Positions 17,517 through 28,300 of a stretch of 64,000 bases of DNA are shown one piece after another. The stretch's first letter is position 1; each line of letters begins with the position of its first letter. Source of the DNA: Candidatus Sumerlaeaceae bacterium (GTDB taxonomy: Bacteria > Sumerlaeota > Sumerlaeia > Sumerlaeales > Sumerlaeaceae); the NCBI GenBank assembly GCA_051003195.1, contig JBPCLP010000034.1, forward strand, positions 3,850 through 67,849, written 5' to 3'. The notes under the pieces were generated by a model. The model worked only from the letters and a program-made list of their open reading frames with translations, did not search any database and was not told where the DNA came from. The position numbers were made by a program, and so were the translations under genes.

Positions 17517-19658
17517 ATGGACACTTCACGTAATACTGACACTACAGACTACGAGATTCTCGTAGGCACACCAAATGACGGTGCGGGGACGCCGGAATCT
17601 TCCAGTGCGTCTGCGCGATCCGAAGAGTCGCTCGCGCTACTGCCCGAAAGCACGGTTGGCTGCATCCAGGTAGTACGTCTCATTGGCTGCGGCAAAGTTA
17701 GCGAGTCCTGGTTCGGCGTCGATGCAAAGAACCAGCGCGAAGTGGTCGTTAAGGTACTGCGCAAGCCATGGTCATCCGATTCGACTGTGCTCTCATACTT
17801 CGAAAGTCAGCTTAACGCCATTCGATCACTGGATCATCCGAACCTTGCCAACGTGCTCGATGTCGGTCAGGACGATGGTATGCTTTTCTGGGTCACGGAA
17901 TGGGTAAAAGGCGGTTCAGTATGGCCGAAGATTCGCCGCAAAGGCCCCATGGAAATCCCGGCTGCGTTCAACATCGTCGATCAGGCTGCGGCAGGACTAG
18001 CCAGTGGTGCAGTGGCGGGGCTGGTTCACGGCGGACTTAAGCCCGAGAACATCCTGATGGAACGCTCCGGCGCGGTGAAGGTGTCGGATCTTGGAGTAGA
18101 ATTCGCCGCGCGCCAGCTGGTGAGTGGTACACCTGCCGCATCCACGCTTTGGCTTGCGGAGTTCATGGCTCCGGAAGTGCGGAGCGGCGGCATCCCGGAC
18201 ATCCGGAGCGACATCTATTCGCTGGGTGCCATCCTTCTCTACCTGGTCGCAGGTGTTGTACCGCACGATGGACTCCTGGATGCGACAAGTCCGCGGATCA
18301 CACCGGCACTGCGTCAGCTGCTGATTAAAATGACGGCTACCGGTCCGGATGACCGGCTACAGGATTACGGTGAACTGCGCGGCTGTCTCTCGGATGTCGA
18401 ATCGGCTATTGTTAACAGTGCGGCGACACCGGGCGATTTGATTTCGGCAACAGCGGCTCCAAAGAACGAGACGACCGGTGTGCACTCTGGGGATACACAG
18501 GAACTGTTTGAAACGCAAGAGACGCTATTCGACTCGGAGCCCGGTGAGCGGGCTGTCCCAGCGGCGGCCACTGCTACACGGCAGGATGCGGATCAGACGA
18601 CACCGGAACGAGAATTAACTGAAGCCGACCTTTTGCGAGCCTTTGCAAACGAGGAGGACCTGGTCTACAACGCGCCGGAACCGGCGCCCACTCCGATCGA
18701 TTTAGCAACTGGCGACCCTTCGCACAAACTAGTTTCGCAGACATGGGCGACACCGGCACGTCCAGCTAAGTCTCGAAAGCTGGCGGTTAGTGCGGTCGCA
18801 GTGCTCGCGGTCGCAGCAGCCGGCGCGGCCGCATGGTTCCTGACTCAAGGCAAGCCGGAGCCAAAGAAGGTCGTCGAAACCAAGGCGGTTGCACCTCGGG
18901 CGACAACTCCTCTTTCCCAACCCACCGTAACTGCGCAGGCAACACCTCTGCCGTCATCAGGTTCCGTTGTCACGCAGCCCGCTCCGCGAACGGTTTCAAC
19001 ACTGCCTGATCTTACTGCTGCGACGGCGACTCCGCCGCCCATTATCGATCCACCCGCCATTATTGCGCCGCCGGGAGTGGACCCCGTAGCGCTTGCTCAG
19101 ATCGCCGCGACACCCGCAAGTCCCGGGGTTGCAGTAAATTTTTTGCCGCACACGGCACCATCCTTTTCACCGGGAGCAGTGGCTGCAGCCGCCCGCACAG
19201 CTCCGGCACCATCCAATGATTCCATCATTGTCGACAATGCTGTTTCCGGCGCACTGGAACTTGATCCGCCATCGGGATGGCAGGCGTCACCGGAAACACG
19301 CGCATCGTATGCCGGGAGTTCGCTGGTTGCCATTACCGGCGGCGCCTCGCAGAAAGCTACGTTTACAGCTGATGTTCCGAAAGCCGGACGCTACCAGTTA
19401 TACATGTGGTGGGTTGCGCGTTCGTCGGATGTCAGGTCGGCAACCGTCCCGGTTACGATACATACTGCCACCGGACCGATCAACATCACGGTGGACCAGG
19501 TTAACAGTGACAGCGACTTTAATCTGATTGGTACTTATAACCTCAAGGCAGGCGTGCACCAACCGATCGTTTCTGTGAGCACAGATGGAATCAAAAATCC
19601 CAGCGGCAATGTGCATGTTTCCGTCGATGCACTTAAGCTAATTCCCAAAAACGATTAG
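17517..19658 (+). CDS. Transmembrane Ser/Thr kinase-like protein (probable pseudokinase) with extracytoplasmic golvesin/Xly-like carbohydrate-binding domain
   Basis: VVVKVL, LDHPNL, VHGGLKPENIL, VSDLG, FMAPE, DIYSLG; TM AVSAVAVLAVAAAGAAAWFL; C-terminal IIVDN...AGRYQLYMWW...DALKL. Confidence 0.85.
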   Translation: MDTSRNTDTTDYEILVGTPNDGAGTPESSSASARSEESLALLPESTVGCIQVVRLIGCGKVSESWFGVDAKNQREVVVKVLRKPWSSDSTVLSYFESQLNAIRSLDHPNLANVLDVGQDDGMLFWVTEWVKGGSVWPKIRRKGPMEIPAAFNIVDQAAAGLASGAVAGLVHGGLKPENILMERSGAVKVSDLGVEFAARQLVSGTPAASTLWLAEFMAPEVRSGGIPDIRSDIYSLGAILLYLVAGVVPHDGLLDATSPRITPALRQLLIKMTATGPDDRLQDYGELRGCLSDVESAIVNSAATPGDLISATAAPKNETTGVHSGDTQELFETQETLFDSEPGERAVPAAATATRQDADQTTPERELTEADLLRAFANEEDLVYNAPEPAPTPIDLATGDPSHKLVSQTWATPARPAKSRKLAVSAVAVLAVAAAGAAAWFLTQGKPEPKKVVETKAVAPRATTPLSQPTVTAQATPLPSSGSVVTQPAPRTVSTLPDLTAATATPPPIIDPPAIIAPPGVDPVALAQIAATPASPGVAVNFLPHTAPSFSPGAVAAAARTAPAPSNDSIIVDNAVSGALELDPPSGWQASPETRASYAGSSLVAITGGASQKATFTADVPKAGRYQLYMWWVARSSDVRSATVPVTIHTATGPINITVDQVNSDSDFNLIGTYNLKAGVHQPIVSVSTDGIKNPSGNVHVSVDALKLIPKND

Positions 19659-19794
19659 CTACGATCACAGAGTCGACGTCCAGTACTCCGGACGCGTTGT
19701 CTCGGTATCCATGCTGGAAGGCAATCGCCAAACTTCACCGGCCTTGTTGCAAAAATACAAGCGCGATTCGCTTCCTGGAAGGTAAATTCCGCGC

Positions 19795-21555
19795 TTAGCG
19801 CTCCGAAAAGTCGGCTGGCAACCGAACACGAAACGTTGATCCCTTGCCCTTTTCACTTTTGACGCTGATCTCGCCTCCAAGCATCTCACAGAACCGCTTG
19901 CTGATCGATAAACCCAGCCCCGTTCCGCCATGACGCCGGGTCGAAGAAGAGTCGATCTGCATGAAATCGTGAAACAACATCGCCACTTCTTCAGGCGTCA
20001 TGCCGATTCCGTTATCACGAATTTCGAAACCAATCCATTTCGGATCTTGCGGGTCCCGCTGCACACAAAGTGCGATCGTGCCCCGCTCTGTGAACTTGGC
20101 GGCATTACTCAAAAGGTTAAAGAGCACCTGCCGCAGTTTCGTTTCATCACTCTTCATGAATCCAGTTCCTGGTTCAACAACGGATGAAAGCTCATTGCGG
20201 TTTCTGGCCAGCAGCGGATGAACGGTTGCAACGACCTGCTCAACGACCGATCCAACTTCGAACTTGTTGATGTGCAATTCCATTTTGCCGGCTTCGATCT
20301 TCGAGAGATCGAGTATGTCGCTGATCAGCGAGAGCAGATGCCTTCCGGCGTTATGAATTTTGCCGAGATCGTTGGACACTGTATCGAGTTCCAGCGGCCG
20401 CACTTCTTCCTGCAGCATCTCAGCATAGCCAATTACCGCATTGAGCGGCGTGCGAAGCTCATGGCTCATATTTGCCAGGAATATACTTTTCGCTTTATTG
20501 GCGCGCTGTGCGGTTTCATACAGCCGCGCGTTGTCTATGGCTATGGCAGCCTGCGCAGCCACGCCAAGAATAATCCGTTCACTCCGTTCACTAAATATTC
20601 CGGGTTCCGGATGACCAAAGAACAATCCGCCGATGGCCTCGCCGGAACGGGAGATGACCGGAACTGCCAGGTAGCTACGAACGGGGAGATGCCCATCAGG
20701 CATTCCATAATGCGGCGCCATCTTACCATACCGTGGATCTTTTGTAATATCTTCCGAGCGCACAACGCCTGTCCCGTGGAACGTCGCATTAAACACATCG
20801 GTATTACGAGGTAGCCCAAATTTTTCAAAAGCCTCGCGAGGTGCGCCAGACAACGTATACAGAAGAAAGGATTCACCGTTATGGTTAACTACATTATAGA
20901 AGAAGGCTCCAAACTTTGCCCCGCTGAGCTGCGTGGCCGCGTCAGTAACCGCCTGGACCAGTGTTTGCAGGTCCAGGTTTGAAGCTATGGTAGTACCGGT
21001 CTGGTTTAACAGCTCGAGGATTCGCGTCTCATCGCGCAAAGCCTCTTCTGTTCTCGTGCGAAGTGTGATATCACGAAAGCTCCAGACGCGGCCAACCTTG
21101 CGCTCACCAATTCGTTGAATCGTTGAAAACCGCTCAACCACTCGGCCATCGGATAGCTCAAGCAAATCATAAGATTCGGGTGGTGATGTCTGGTATATCT
21201 GCTCCACTTTATCTCGAAACGTCTGTGGTGAGCTAAAGTGCCGAGTGGTCGATTCCAGCAGTTGTCGATGATCCGCGGCTCCCATGGCTTCCTGCGGAAT
21301 GCTCCACATCTCCAGGTATTTCGTGTTATAGCCGGTAATCTTACCATCGTCGTCCGTTACAAGGATTGCATCAGTGGTCGATTCGAGAGTCGCACGGAGC
21401 ATGGAAAGCGAGTGCGCCAGCTCTTCGCTTTTTCGCTCGAGCGCTTCCTTGGCCTTGAGCAGCTCCTGCTCGGCACGATTACGCGCGGCGAGAATGCTCT
21501 GGGCATTCTGCAGAGTCGCCGAACGCAGCAGCTCTTCCTCCAACTCCGGTTCCAT
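19795..21555 (-). CDS. Sensor histidine kinase (coiled-coil, PAS, GAF, HisKA, HATPase)
   Basis: AKSIFLANMSHELRTPLNAVIG, KLRQVLFNLLSNAAKFT, DNGIGM, GGTGLGLSIS. Confidence 0.93.
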   Translation of the reverse strand: MEPELEEELLRSATLQNAQSILAARNRAEQELLKAKEALERKSEELAHSLSMLRATLESTTDAILVTDDDGKITGYNTKYLEMWSIPQEAMGAADHRQLLESTTRHFSSPQTFRDKVEQIYQTSPPESYDLLELSDGRVVERFSTIQRIGERKVGRVWSFRDITLRTRTEEALRDETRILELLNQTGTTIASNLDLQTLVQAVTDAATQLSGAKFGAFFYNVVNHNGESFLLYTLSGAPREAFEKFGLPRNTDVFNATFHGTGVVRSEDITKDPRYGKMAPHYGMPDGHLPVRSYLAVPVISRSGEAIGGLFFGHPEPGIFSERSERIILGVAAQAAIAIDNARLYETAQRANKAKSIFLANMSHELRTPLNAVIGYAEMLQEEVRPLELDTVSNDLGKIHNAGRHLLSLISDILDLSKIEAGKMELHINKFEVGSVVEQVVATVHPLLARNRNELSSVVEPGTGFMKSDETKLRQVLFNLLSNAAKFTERGTIALCVQRDPQDPKWIGFEIRDNGIGMTPEEVAMLFHDFMQIDSSSTRRHGGTGLGLSISKRFCEMLGGEISVKSEKGKGSTFRVRLPADFSER

Positions 21556-22617
21556 CTAGGAAGTCCCGATCACGTCCGCGGCCATCTTTGTTCCCTCCAC
21601 GCGTGCACGTATTTTGGCGAAAGCGGTTTCGCGGGTTGTCGACGTATCGTCACAGAACGGCGAGAATCCGCAGTCGTCGGTGGTACCCAGTTGCTCAATC
21701 GGGATGTACTCTGCTGCCTCGAGGACGCGATCACGGACCTCTTCGGCTGTATCGATGCGAGGATTAATAGGGGCGACGACACCGACAAAAATACGCTGGT
21801 CAGGTTTCATATACTTACGGATCATTTTAAGCACACGCACTCGATCTGGTTCACCCGCAAGTGCGATATAGAAATTGCCGGCTTTCAACTCCAGCAGGCT
21901 TGGCAGTAGCTCCGCGTAATCCACGTCGGCACTGTGCGTAGAATCCCGGTCTCCTCCCGGGCACGTGTGCACGCCGATTCGTTTACGCTCCTCCGTTGAG
22001 AACCGCGACAGCGCCATGTTGTTAAGATCGATAAAACTGTTCAGCAGGTCTCCTGTTGGATCAATTTTGATCGCCAGCCGACCTTCCGTAAAATCGATCT
22101 GTACTGTATGCGCTCCCTTGTCAAAGCAACGGCGCACTTCCTTCTCATGCTCATTAAGCAGGTCCTCGATGAATTGCTCACGCGGGTAACCTTCGATACC
22201 CTCAGGCGGGTAGAGCAGGCTCAATGCGGATGGTGAAATCACCGCCTGCTTAATGGGCTTTTTCGCATAGCGCATCGCAACATCGAGATACTCATCCGCA
22301 TAGCGCTTATACCGGAAGGGGCCTGCTGTCAGCATAGGCATTCGCCGTACATGCCCGGCGATGAATGGAATTTTAAACCCGTCCGGGCAGGTATTGGAAA
22401 GTCCGTGCACGGAGTACGTCCAGAAATTGTGATACTTTCTCTGCTCACCATCGGTAATGACGGGCGATCCAGTCTCCTCGAACTGCTCCACCGTTTCGCG
22501 AATTGCCTTTTCATAAAGCGGGGCAAGCGACGGCGCGCTATCGCCCTCTCGTTCGATTGCCTGGATTAGTTCTACAGGGCGGGGAATACTGCCAATCGGT
22601 TCAGTTGGAATCATCAT
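21556..22617 (-). CDS. Cobalamin-independent methionine synthase II (MetE catalytic-domain-only) family protein
   Basis: TEPIGSIPRP, ITDGEQR, VQIDFTEG, GVHTCPGG (HxC), GVVAP, DDCGF (Zn Cys). Confidence 0.85.
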   Translation of the reverse strand: MMIPTEPIGSIPRPVELIQAIEREGDSAPSLAPLYEKAIRETVEQFEETGSPVITDGEQRKYHNFWTYSVHGLSNTCPDGFKIPFIAGHVRRMPMLTAGPFRYKRYADEYLDVAMRYAKKPIKQAVISPSALSLLYPPEGIEGYPREQFIEDLLNEHEKEVRRCFDKGAHTVQIDFTEGRLAIKIDPTGDLLNSFIDLNNMALSRFSTEERKRIGVHTCPGGDRDSTHSADVDYAELLPSLLELKAGNFYIALAGEPDRVRVLKMIRKYMKPDQRIFVGVVAPINPRIDTAEEVRDRVLEAAEYIPIEQLGTTDDCGFSPFCDDTSTTRETAFAKIRARVEGTKMAADVIGTS

Positions 22618-22802
22618 TTCGTTTTCACCCCGCTTACCGCCGTTATGCGATGGATTAAACTAGCGCCACCAAATACATTAGCAGGCAAGTTGAATTGTGC
22701 GCAGATTAACGGCACGTACTCATTCCAGCGGCCAGATCAGATTGTTTATAAGCGAATCAAACACAGTTATGAGAGAGCAGATGAGCGCGCCGATTTAGAC
22801 GC

Positions 22803-23582
22803 TCAATTGAAAAATACCTGCTCTTCATACTGCAGCAGCAGCGAACGAAGTGGCTGCACCAGCTCATTAAAAAGCAGTGCTATTTCCCGCGAAAGGGTAG
22901 ACCTGCTAAATAGGATACAAACGAAAAGATCTCCTTTGGGGAGAATTCCGCCGAAACCAATTACCGATCGAATGCCATACGGGGTTACAAAGTCCGATTG
23001 AGACGGGATAAACTCGCTGCCGCGTGCATCCGGAATAAAGAACACATTGAGCGCCGGTTGCGTGACCATCAGGACCTCAGGATTTGGCTTCACCACCCAG
23101 TCAAGGTCGCAGCCAAGCTGCCTAAACAAATTCGCAATCATTGGCGCACGCTCTACCACCTCAATGCTTGTAAGAGCTATTGCTCGATGCGATCCCGACA
23201 GGTGGCGCGAGTTCCATGATGGCATAATGCCGGCCGTTCCCAATAGCGTAAGGCATGGGGATTCCGGTGTATGCTTTTCAGCCGGCGCAGTGCGACGGAC
23301 ATACCCTTTCAGGTCCTCAGTCAGCTCGCCAAACGGGTGTGTTTTAAAGATGCGAACCAACGGGCAGGCGCGATCGGACGTCTGTGGATCAACAAGCGAA
23401 TGGTGCAGTAGCGTGCAGACCCTTTCGGCGGCAGATTCCATGCTCCTTGATGTCAACGCGAGCCCTGTAATCGACCGGCTGATTTGCTCAATATCCCTCG
23501 TATTCAGGATGGTGAGGCCGTATGCATTGTTTGTAGTACTGGCGCTCATGCTCACGGTTGTTGGCGTTGTTATAGAACTCAT
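22803..23582 (-). CDS. Stand-alone GAF-like uncharacterised protein
   Basis: SMESAAERV, ACPLVRIFKTHPF, CLTLLGTAG, PMIANLFRQLG, FVTPYGIRSVIGFGGILPKGDLF; recalled as a domain also found fused to kinases. Confidence 0.6.
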   Translation of the reverse strand: MSSITTPTTVSMSASTTNNAYGLTILNTRDIEQISRSITGLALTSRSMESAAERVCTLLHHSLVDPQTSDRACPLVRIFKTHPFGELTEDLKGYVRRTAPAEKHTPESPCLTLLGTAGIMPSWNSRHLSGSHRAIALTSIEVVERAPMIANLFRQLGCDLDWVVKPNPEVLMVTQPALNVFFIPDARGSEFIPSQSDFVTPYGIRSVIGFGGILPKGDLFVCILFSRSTLSREIALLFNELVQPLRSLLLQYEEQVFFN

Positions 23583-23641
23583 AATACCAGTTTTCTGTTC
23601 AATGCAAGTATTACGCCCACGCTGCGCGCCGACGTTTCATG

Positions 23642-25342
23642 TTAATTCGCTCCATCCAGCGGAGCCGGTTCCATTGTGACAACCAGTTCAGTCGTCAGGC
23701 CCGCAATGATCGCTGCATACTGCGTTCGCGTCGCCTGGCCGCTTGCATCTACGCGAATTGGCGGAGTCCATCCGTTTGCTTCCACAGTGAATGGCTGCGA
23801 ACCGGGACGAAACCCCTTTAGTGCCGCAAAGCCATTACCGTTGGTTGTCGCCGACCAAAGTTTTTCATCGAGATACAAAGTCGAGACGCCTGTGGACCAA
23901 AAGACGTTGGGCCAGGCAGCCAGCCTTGCGCCGATGATGGGCTGGTTGGAGCTGTTCACTACGCGCACGCGTAAGCCACCGGTCTCTTCCATGACCAGGA
24001 TAAACAGCGCCGCATTTGGGTCGGAGTTCAAATTGTACACCTGGTTCTGTTCGTACGGTCGCGCACTCAGCTGCCGATGCGCGGCAATGTATCCGTCACA
24101 CAAGCCGATTATCTCGCCGGGTCCTTCGGGAAGCCCGGGAATCTCAAAACTCCCATCCGGCGCAATGTCAGCCCCGCCTTCGCGCATCGTAGTTGCAGTG
24201 GAACCCGCAAGCGGGGACCCCGGGGGCGGCCACTGTGCGGCTGCCAGCACGCGGCCGTTCGCCACCGGACGCCGTACGTTGTCACTCAGCCGGCCTCGTA
24301 AAGTCAGACCGCGCTTCAACTGTACTTCCAGTTCCTTCGCTTCGCCTCCGCGCATTTCTATCGGGACCGTGTCGGAGTGCCACGTGATTCCATCCGGTGC
24401 TTTGTATTCCACCGTCAGCGCATGTTTGCCGTCGGGAACTGATTCGGTCACCTGGCTTCCGTCGGGCATATGCGACCAGTCTTCGGGCATCAGCGCGCCG
24501 GAAGTATGAGTGGCCGAAGACACCTTCGGCACAAACCCGAAAACACGCTGGGAGGGTGTATCCATGTATGCAGCGACGGTAAGCGTATTGCCCTTCCTGA
24601 GCACCTCGTCGCGCTCGGTGCCGTCCACGGGGTAGCTGAAAATCCGTCGTTTGGCATACCCCGGTTTGGAAGCCGTGAAGCTTATACCGATCGCCAACGA
24701 GATATCGGACAAAATGACCGGTGATGCCAGGTAGGCACGTCCTTCGGCGTCCGTAATCTCGGATGGCGCAGGCCCGAATTTCTTTTCGTCCCAGCCGCCG
24801 TGCGCGGTCTCGCGGGCCTGCTGCCCGTGGTGTATTCCGTCGACCAGCACCTGCACGCCCTCGAGCGGCTGGCTGGTCATATCGACCATGCGCACTGGCA
24901 CAAGCTGAAGCCCCCGGGCCTTCCATTTCTCCCGGCGGGTTTCAGTCGAATCGGTAGCGTCGGTTCCCGCTGCGCTGCCAGCGCGATTACCAAGACCCAC
25001 ATTGGACGCAAGCGCTCCCGATGGTCCGCGTAACGGGAGTTCGAAGGTGCGCAGCCGCGACGTCGTTTGCGCCGAACCGGAGGTAAAGCTGGCAGCGGCG
25101 ACCGTGGCCACGGCAACGCGAGGACTATGCTTCGTGCTCGCCACCGGCCCAGTCTCACGCAAGCGGGCGACCCGTGTCCCGGACTTCGAACGAACTTCAT
25201 GCGCCTCGCCGTTCACGGAGCTTGAAACACGTGCCTTATCGCCGCTCGAACGGAGCTGTACTGCCGCAATGACAATAGCCGCGCCGGCCACGAGAGCGAT
25301 ACCGGCTTTCCGCGCAAAGCCCTCGGTAGGATTAAATGCCAT
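23642..25342 (-). CDS. Membrane-anchored protein with carboxypeptidase-regulatory-like (prealbumin fold) repeats
   Basis: TM AGIALVAGAAIVIAAV; repeats VRMVDMTSQPLEGVQV, ITDAEGRA, LRGRLSDNVRRPVANGRV, VRVVNSSNQPIIGARL. Confidence 0.75.
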   Translation of the reverse strand: MAFNPTEGFARKAGIALVAGAAIVIAAVQLRSSGDKARVSSSVNGEAHEVRSKSGTRVARLRETGPVASTKHSPRVAVATVAAASFTSGSAQTTSRLRTFELPLRGPSGALASNVGLGNRAGSAAGTDATDSTETRREKWKARGLQLVPVRMVDMTSQPLEGVQVLVDGIHHGQQARETAHGGWDEKKFGPAPSEITDAEGRAYLASPVILSDISLAIGISFTASKPGYAKRRIFSYPVDGTERDEVLRKGNTLTVAAYMDTPSQRVFGFVPKVSSATHTSGALMPEDWSHMPDGSQVTESVPDGKHALTVEYKAPDGITWHSDTVPIEMRGGEAKELEVQLKRGLTLRGRLSDNVRRPVANGRVLAAAQWPPPGSPLAGSTATTMREGGADIAPDGSFEIPGLPEGPGEIIGLCDGYIAAHRQLSARPYEQNQVYNLNSDPNAALFILVMEETGGLRVRVVNSSNQPIIGARLAAWPNVFWSTGVSTLYLDEKLWSATTNGNGFAALKGFRPGSQPFTVEANGWTPPIRVDASGQATRTQYAAIIAGLTTELVVTMEPAPLDGAN

Positions 25343-25390
25343 GACATACCAGATAGGTGTTCACCCGAGGCCGGGTCAAGTGTTGCTGTA

Positions 25391-28300
25391 TTATTCCAGT
25401 TGGGGTTGTGGTGCTGCATTTAACCCAGAGATGCGCGCAAGTTCATCGAACTCGAAATGGACCTGCACCTCGTTGCCTCCCTCAGGCACATCCAGATGAA
25501 GTCCGGGACCATCCTGCAGTCCAACCGTATATGGACCAGGTTCCAGAAACACTTCATAGTTGCCCTCGGGACCCAGCACCACCCGCCGCACATCTCCAAA
25601 AGTATTTTGTGAGGTGAAGTACAGCATATGCTTCGCCGTTGGATTAGCTTCGGCAGAATTGATCTGCACCCGCCCCGCAACTCGCACCAGGGCACGGAAG
25701 TCCACGTTCGCCGTCGACGACCTCCCGCGCACAAGAACGTTCTGGCGCTTCCGCAGACCCTTCGCGTCAGTTCCCCAAAGCGCCTCCGCAATTAACAGAC
25801 GGCTGCCTTCCGGCACGCCTTCGATACTGTAATGTCCCTTCTCGTCCGTGACAGCACTGCCGATCCAGCGCGCCATATCCTCGCTTGGATACACAACGAT
25901 CGTCGCATCAGCCAGGGGTTTTCCGTCCAGGCGTACCTGTCCACTCAGCAGCGTGACCGACTTGTTCATCTTAAAGTTCACCGTCAGCTTGCCTGACGCA
26001 GGCAGCTGTACGATCTGTGCCTGGTCCGAGTAATTAAGGTGCCTGGCTGAAATAACGACGATGGCGGACGGCAGGACAGCAATACTGTATCGCCCCTGAC
26101 TGTCGCTGGGTTTAGAGACCACTTCGAACTCGGCCGGCGTTGCGCCTTGCAATTGCACGTGGACATTCGCACCGGTGACAGGATCGCCGGTTTCCTCGTC
26201 GGTGATCCTTCCTTCGAGTGATGCACCGGTCGCCACTGGAAGTTCGAGTTCAAGATTGCGGCTCTCGGCTTTCAGCTGCGCAGCCTTGCTTTCGGAGTAC
26301 ATCGATTCATCATCCGTGGTAATTGCCGCTTTATACCAGCCAGGCTCCACATTCTCAAACAGCGCCTTGCCGAAACTGGCCTGCTGGTGTCGCACGCTGA
26401 CAAATTGACTTGGAGCGGGCTCGGTGGCAGTCGGCTTCCCGGTATTTGCGCGCAACAGCCACACAATGTACCGAAGGCTCTCCTCCGGCACAGAGGGAGG
26501 AGCGGTTATAGTGACCGATACGGAGGGATACGCCTTAAGTCGGATTTCATATTTCTGCTGCGGCAATGAGATATTCGCGGCGGTAAACGGCGCGAAGTCC
26601 CGATGGCGCACCACAATATTTTCTATGCTCGGGGCATTGAGATGAAATACGGTTCGCCCATCGAAGCCGGTCCTGCGTGTTAATTGACGGATACCCGACG
26701 TTTGTTTTTCGGTATCGCTGGTTACGGGAAAGATCTGCACAATCGCATCTTCAACTGCGGAGCCGGATTCTGTCAGAACCTGCGCAGTGAAAGCACTACC
26801 GGCCGGGAATCGGAATTCGATCGGCCGATTATCTTTTGCGAGCACCGTGATCTCTGTGGTTACCGCCGTGTCGTAACAGGGGTGCGTCGCTACAGCGCGA
26901 ACTTTCTCTGGGAAAGTGCTGTCCACCGAAAAGCTGCCTCTTGTGTCAGAGCGGCCACTTGCGACCAGGGTAGCGGAGTCTTGCGCCGACGCGAAAAATT
27001 CCACTCGTGCGCCATTCAGCGGCGCGCCATCAGCGTCGATGGCGCGCCCGGTCAGCGTTACCACCCGCTGCATCTCCACCACCAGTTCTTTTGGCGAGGT
27101 GGACGACGCCTCATAAGTTTGCGGCAGCATTCCCAGGAATGGCGCGGTTGCTCGAAGCTCGTACATGCCGGAGGGGAACACGGCCATTTCGAACTGCCCG
27201 CTGCTGTTGGAGCGAACCGTGAACACCGATGGGCGGCGCATTTCGCCATAACCCTGGTCCACATCCTCTACGGTCCTCAGCACAATATCCGCACCGGGAA
27301 CAGGGCGATTACCGGGTCCCACGACGCGACCACGCACCAGCGCGCGGGGCGTAAGCGCCGCCGTAATGGTGGTGATGTCGCGTGCCGGCTGCGTCGAAAT
27401 CGTTATCCGGTCACCCCACTGGCCGTTCTCGCGCGAGCGGAAAGCGTAGTTCAGCCCATCGAACGCCAGCGAAATGTTCCGGAATGCATCGATCTTTTCA
27501 AACCGGAAGTAGCCCGCCGCATCCGTGCTGGTGCTGGCTGGGCTGTCTGCTTCAAAAGTGTTCAGGCGCAAAGGCATATTTGGAATGGGAGCGGAAGTCT
27601 CCGCATTGAGAAACTGTCCTGCAATCGTGACCCCCTGGTTGTGCAACAGCACCAACTCGCGCCCTTTATCACTGCGCCCATTCTGCACAACCGGCGCCGC
27701 CTTTGGTTTCTCCAATGGCGACGGCGTTGTATTGAACTTCCACTCCGCATTCTGCAGCATACCGAATGCGAACTCGCCCCTTATATCCGTTGTCGAGTAG
27801 AGGCGCATCAGGCCTGCATGGGCTTCGACGATTATCCCAGGCTGGGGCTGACGGTCCTTCGACCCCAGGAGTATTCCCGTCACGGTGGTGCCGGAAGACG
27901 GCAGCGTGACTGACGTCTCCTGGCCTGTGGTAGCCAGTCCAATTTCCGGCGGCAACCCGGGGGCCTGCACCAGGAAGCTATACTGGCCGGGAACGAGTCC
28001 ACCGATGCGAAAGTAGCCGCGTGCACCGGTGTGGCCATAAATCGGTGCGAGAGGAGGGGGTTCCCTGGAAGCGTCAGCTTCCTCGCCAGTGTCGATCGGC
28101 AGCACAGGGCCAATTGCGGCGTCGATGATGGTCGTCCCTTTGTCATCATAAAGTCTGCCGCCGATTTCTGCATGCAGTCCCAGCGCAATCGTCTTTGGCA
28201 GCGGCTTCTGGCCGTCCAGAGGGACGGTTACATACCGTGGTTTCGATAACAGAAGAAGGCTTTTTGAAGTTGTCGGATTCGCCGTAAACGTTCCATCCGC

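Noticed and set aside
21556-21558. Pyrrolysine recoding of the TAG between the MetE-like gene and the kinase
   Set aside because: No pyl genes or other support in the window; an ATG directly follows, so simple coupling is the default explanation.
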